The notes beneath the pieces are model-generated. The model saw nothing but the letters and a program-made list of their open reading frames with translations. It was not told the origin of the DNA and searched no databases. A stretch of 64,000 nt of DNA from Chrysomallon squamiferum (Eukaryota > Animalia > Mollusca): NCBI GenBank assembly GCA_012295275.1, contig CM022665.1:27404001-27468000 (forward strand), read 5' to 3'. The position numbers and the translations under genes are program-made. Positions 61,234-64,000 of this stretch are shown here, piece after piece. Every line of letters starts with the position of its first letter. Position 1 is the first letter of the stretch.

Positions 61234-63876
61234 CAAACATTAAATAATAAATTAAGTAAATGAATGAAGAAAAATCAAGAAAACCGCCAAAACAAACAGG
61301 TATCGAACCATTTATCTAACTTCCAGAAATCTAGGAAATCCATAAAACTGGCTACTTTTTCGTTTACTAAGTGCACTTTGTTTTAGTTTCTCTGGCACCA
61401 GTTCAAGTGAGAGTTGCTGTGTACAGGTGATCCTATCACAATAAGTTAATATTTGTTTACTCTTATTTTCATTTATTATTGTGTCCAAAAGACTAGCAGA
61501 AACGCAGCTTGATAGTTAAAAGCGTTTCATAAACAGATATTTTAAGTTTTAAAAAAGTGAATTAATGAAGATCAAACAGACGTTAGAAGTGTATTAATCT
61601 GAATCTGCTAATCACAGTTTCAATCTTTATTATTCATTGTTTATGTCATATTTTAAGTAAAGATTTAGTCTGTCTCCAGATATCCGGACCACTTCCGGTC
61701 CTAAGCTTGCCGGATAAACGGTTCAGTACCTAAACCATAAAGAATAACATTTCAGTAAGATTCTAATGTATACCAGTTTGATATTGATAAATGAAAGGGA
61801 TATGATCGTGCATTCATTGAAAATATAAAATAAGCACACATCTAATTGGGGGAACTAAAAAATGTAATTTTAAAAATATCAGTAGAAGGCGTATCTATGA
61901 ATAATTCTAGATACGTATGTAAATAGATGTTAGAGTGAAAAATAACCAGTAAACCCCATTTAGATAACATTGTTCCATTAACCTAGTTGTAACACATATC
62001 ATTTTTGTTACTCAGCACTTTTTAAATATTTTATCAAAATCAGAGCTGGCAAAGTGGTCGAAATCGATCCCTGCGGGTCACTAACTTTCTATCATAGGGG
62101 TCAAACGAAGGTCAGTAAACTCCGGGATCTATTAAAGTATTATTTTATCGGTATAAGAATTTTGTGATTAATAAATAGTGAAATTTAATGCTGATAATAT
62201 TTAGTTATTTATTTTACATGCTTGGTGGTCGATAAGAGATCAAGGATTGCATAAGCAGTTTGATGGTTTAAAATAAACAAACATACAACAATAAAACACA
62301 CACACACATACACACACAGACACAAACAGCCACCTCCCCAAAAACCAACCCCTCCCCCCAAAAAACCCCCAAAACCAACAAAACAAATAAAATAAAATAA
62401 TATTAAAATAAGAATAAAAACTCTAATGTAAAAACCAATAATATGACGTAATTTACTTAAAAACCAAAAATTTAGATGTGTAAACGATTAATACATTCTT
62501 GTGTTTATTATTATTATTATTGTTATTGTTGTTGTTGTTGTTGTTGTTCTGTTTCAAAAGCTGATTGTTGTGGCTGTGGTAGCTAGTTTGTTCGTTGTCC
62601 AGAATTTGGCCGGAGAGGTGGTCATGAGGAGAAAGAATGGAGAGTTTTCTACCAAATACATCACCAGTGTAATTCGTAGGTCGTCAATAAATGACTACAG
62701 ATTTGACATGTGTCCTCTTTGTATAAACTTCGCTGATGAGAGCATTCAGATGTTGGAAGAATTAGCTTTAGGTAAATTCCTCTGATAATATATTATCAAA
62801 TAACAAAGAGTAAAAAAAAAAAAAAAAATTAAAAAAAATGTACGAATAAACATTTTTTTTTTTTTTTTTTTTTAGTTATTATTCCAGGTTATTATTTTAT
62901 AGCTGTTATTACTCGTAACAAAATATGACAGTAAGGTAATAAAAGATTTAAGCACTGCTGTTTTGTCGCTTCACAACTGAAGTCATGTCATCACGTACTC
63001 AGCCGCTTGGTTGATGTAGAAAATACGTTAGAGCAAAGCTCTTTAAGCCTTTAAGCAGCTTATATGATATTTAAAGCGTTTCGATTTCGAGTTGTATCAT
63101 TATTTTTGTTATATTATATTATATTATTTTATATTGTTATTTATTTTTTTTTAATAAAATTATATTTATTTAATTTTTTTTATTTTTTTAAATAAAATTA
63201 TATTTATTTAATTTTTTTATTTTATACTACATTATACACACTATTATAGCCAATATGTAAACTGCATTTACGAATCTCTTCTTTGTTTTCATTTCTTTTC
63301 TTTTTACCTCCTTTTTCTTTAATTTATAAAGTTATTTTTTATTTTTATAAGATGTCACTGTAATCGATACGTGTCAAGCTCTGTGCAATGCTCTGGCCAC
63401 AAAAACGGGAAGTCAGATTCTAGGAATGGTATGTCAAATCTTATGTGACACAGAAGGTATCAAAGAGTTCATCAAGGCTTTAAGAACGTGAGTATTTGAT
63501 TTTTATGCGGATATGGATTATTTAATTTTCTTCAGCAGACACTGATTAATTTTTAAAACTATTTTTTAAAGATCTATTCTTATTTACAGTTTCTTAATGT
63601 TGTTTATTTGTCTTAATAATGTGACATTTCTTCATATTGAAACTAACGTCAGAAAACAATGGTGACTGCTAGATCAGTTCCCCTGTTTAGTTTTTTTATT
63701 TAAGAACTTCATATTTATCTTCCTTTTTTTTTCTCTCTCTCTCTTTCTCGCTCTCTGTTCTAGAGTGGATCTGGACGATATTTATTTCTGTGAGTTGATT
63801 CGAGCATGTCCCATCTTCGACCAGGGAGATGCCAGCATTACTGATCTCAGCATCTCACCTGTGTCTGGACCCCAAG
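60907..63876 (+). CDS. Secreted countin-like saposin B-type protein, first four coding exons; 3' part lies beyond the window
   Basis: Exons: 60907-60912 (ATGAAG|gtaaat; inferred 6-nt coding start), 62561-62771, 63352-63487, 63764-63876; phases are consistent. Protein: signal peptide MKLIVVAVVASLFVVQNLA, a pro-region, then CPLCINFADESIQMLEELALDVTVIDTCQALCNALATKTGSQILGMVCQILCDTEGIKEFIKALRTVDLDDIYFCELIRACPIFDQGDASITDLSISPVSGPQG. The 8-Cys saposin pattern and the GIxEFIK..DLDxIYxCE..CP..GDA.I motif are typical of countin-like proteins. Confidence 0.85.
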
Positions 63877-64000
63877 GTAGGTTGTCATTCAAGGATCTGG
63901 GTCAATGGGGGAACAGATGAACACCGCATACAACTCTCCTCTTTTTGTCAGTCTGTTTATTGCTGTTATTTTTAACTGTGTAATGAAATTCGTTTCACAC

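Overview
AT-rich, microsatellite-rich, intron-containing animal DNA. It is probably a lophotrochozoan (mollusc), but that assignment is inference. Most ORFs in the supplied track are spurious. I rebuilt five spliced genes by hand, each with GT-AG junctions and consistent reading-frame phases: (1) the last two coding exons (SPRY domain) of TRIM9/TRIM67 (+), followed by a likely long 3'UTR; (2) a complete 10-exon radial spoke head protein RSPH4/6 (-, 536 aa); (3) a complete 7-coding-exon Salvador/SAV1 (+, about 488 aa), head-to-head with RSPH4/6; (4) a complete 8-exon DUF4200 coiled-coil gene of the CCDC42/CCDC197/CFAP73 family (-, 355 aa); (5) the first four exons of a secreted countin-like saposin protein (+), which runs off the window end. 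Mobile DNA: a decayed PIF/Harbinger transposon (TIRs plus transposase and Myb/SANT relics), a mariner-type MITE and a foldback element. Main leads: TRIM9-SAV1 linkage shared with human 14q22; an uncharacterised animal countin-like gene with CLEAR/M-box motifs; a C-terminal PDZ-binding motif on Salvador; a cilia/Hippo bidirectional promoter; Pumilio and Rbfox motif clusters in the TRIM9 3'UTR; and a 9-kb gene-free CpG-retaining domain.
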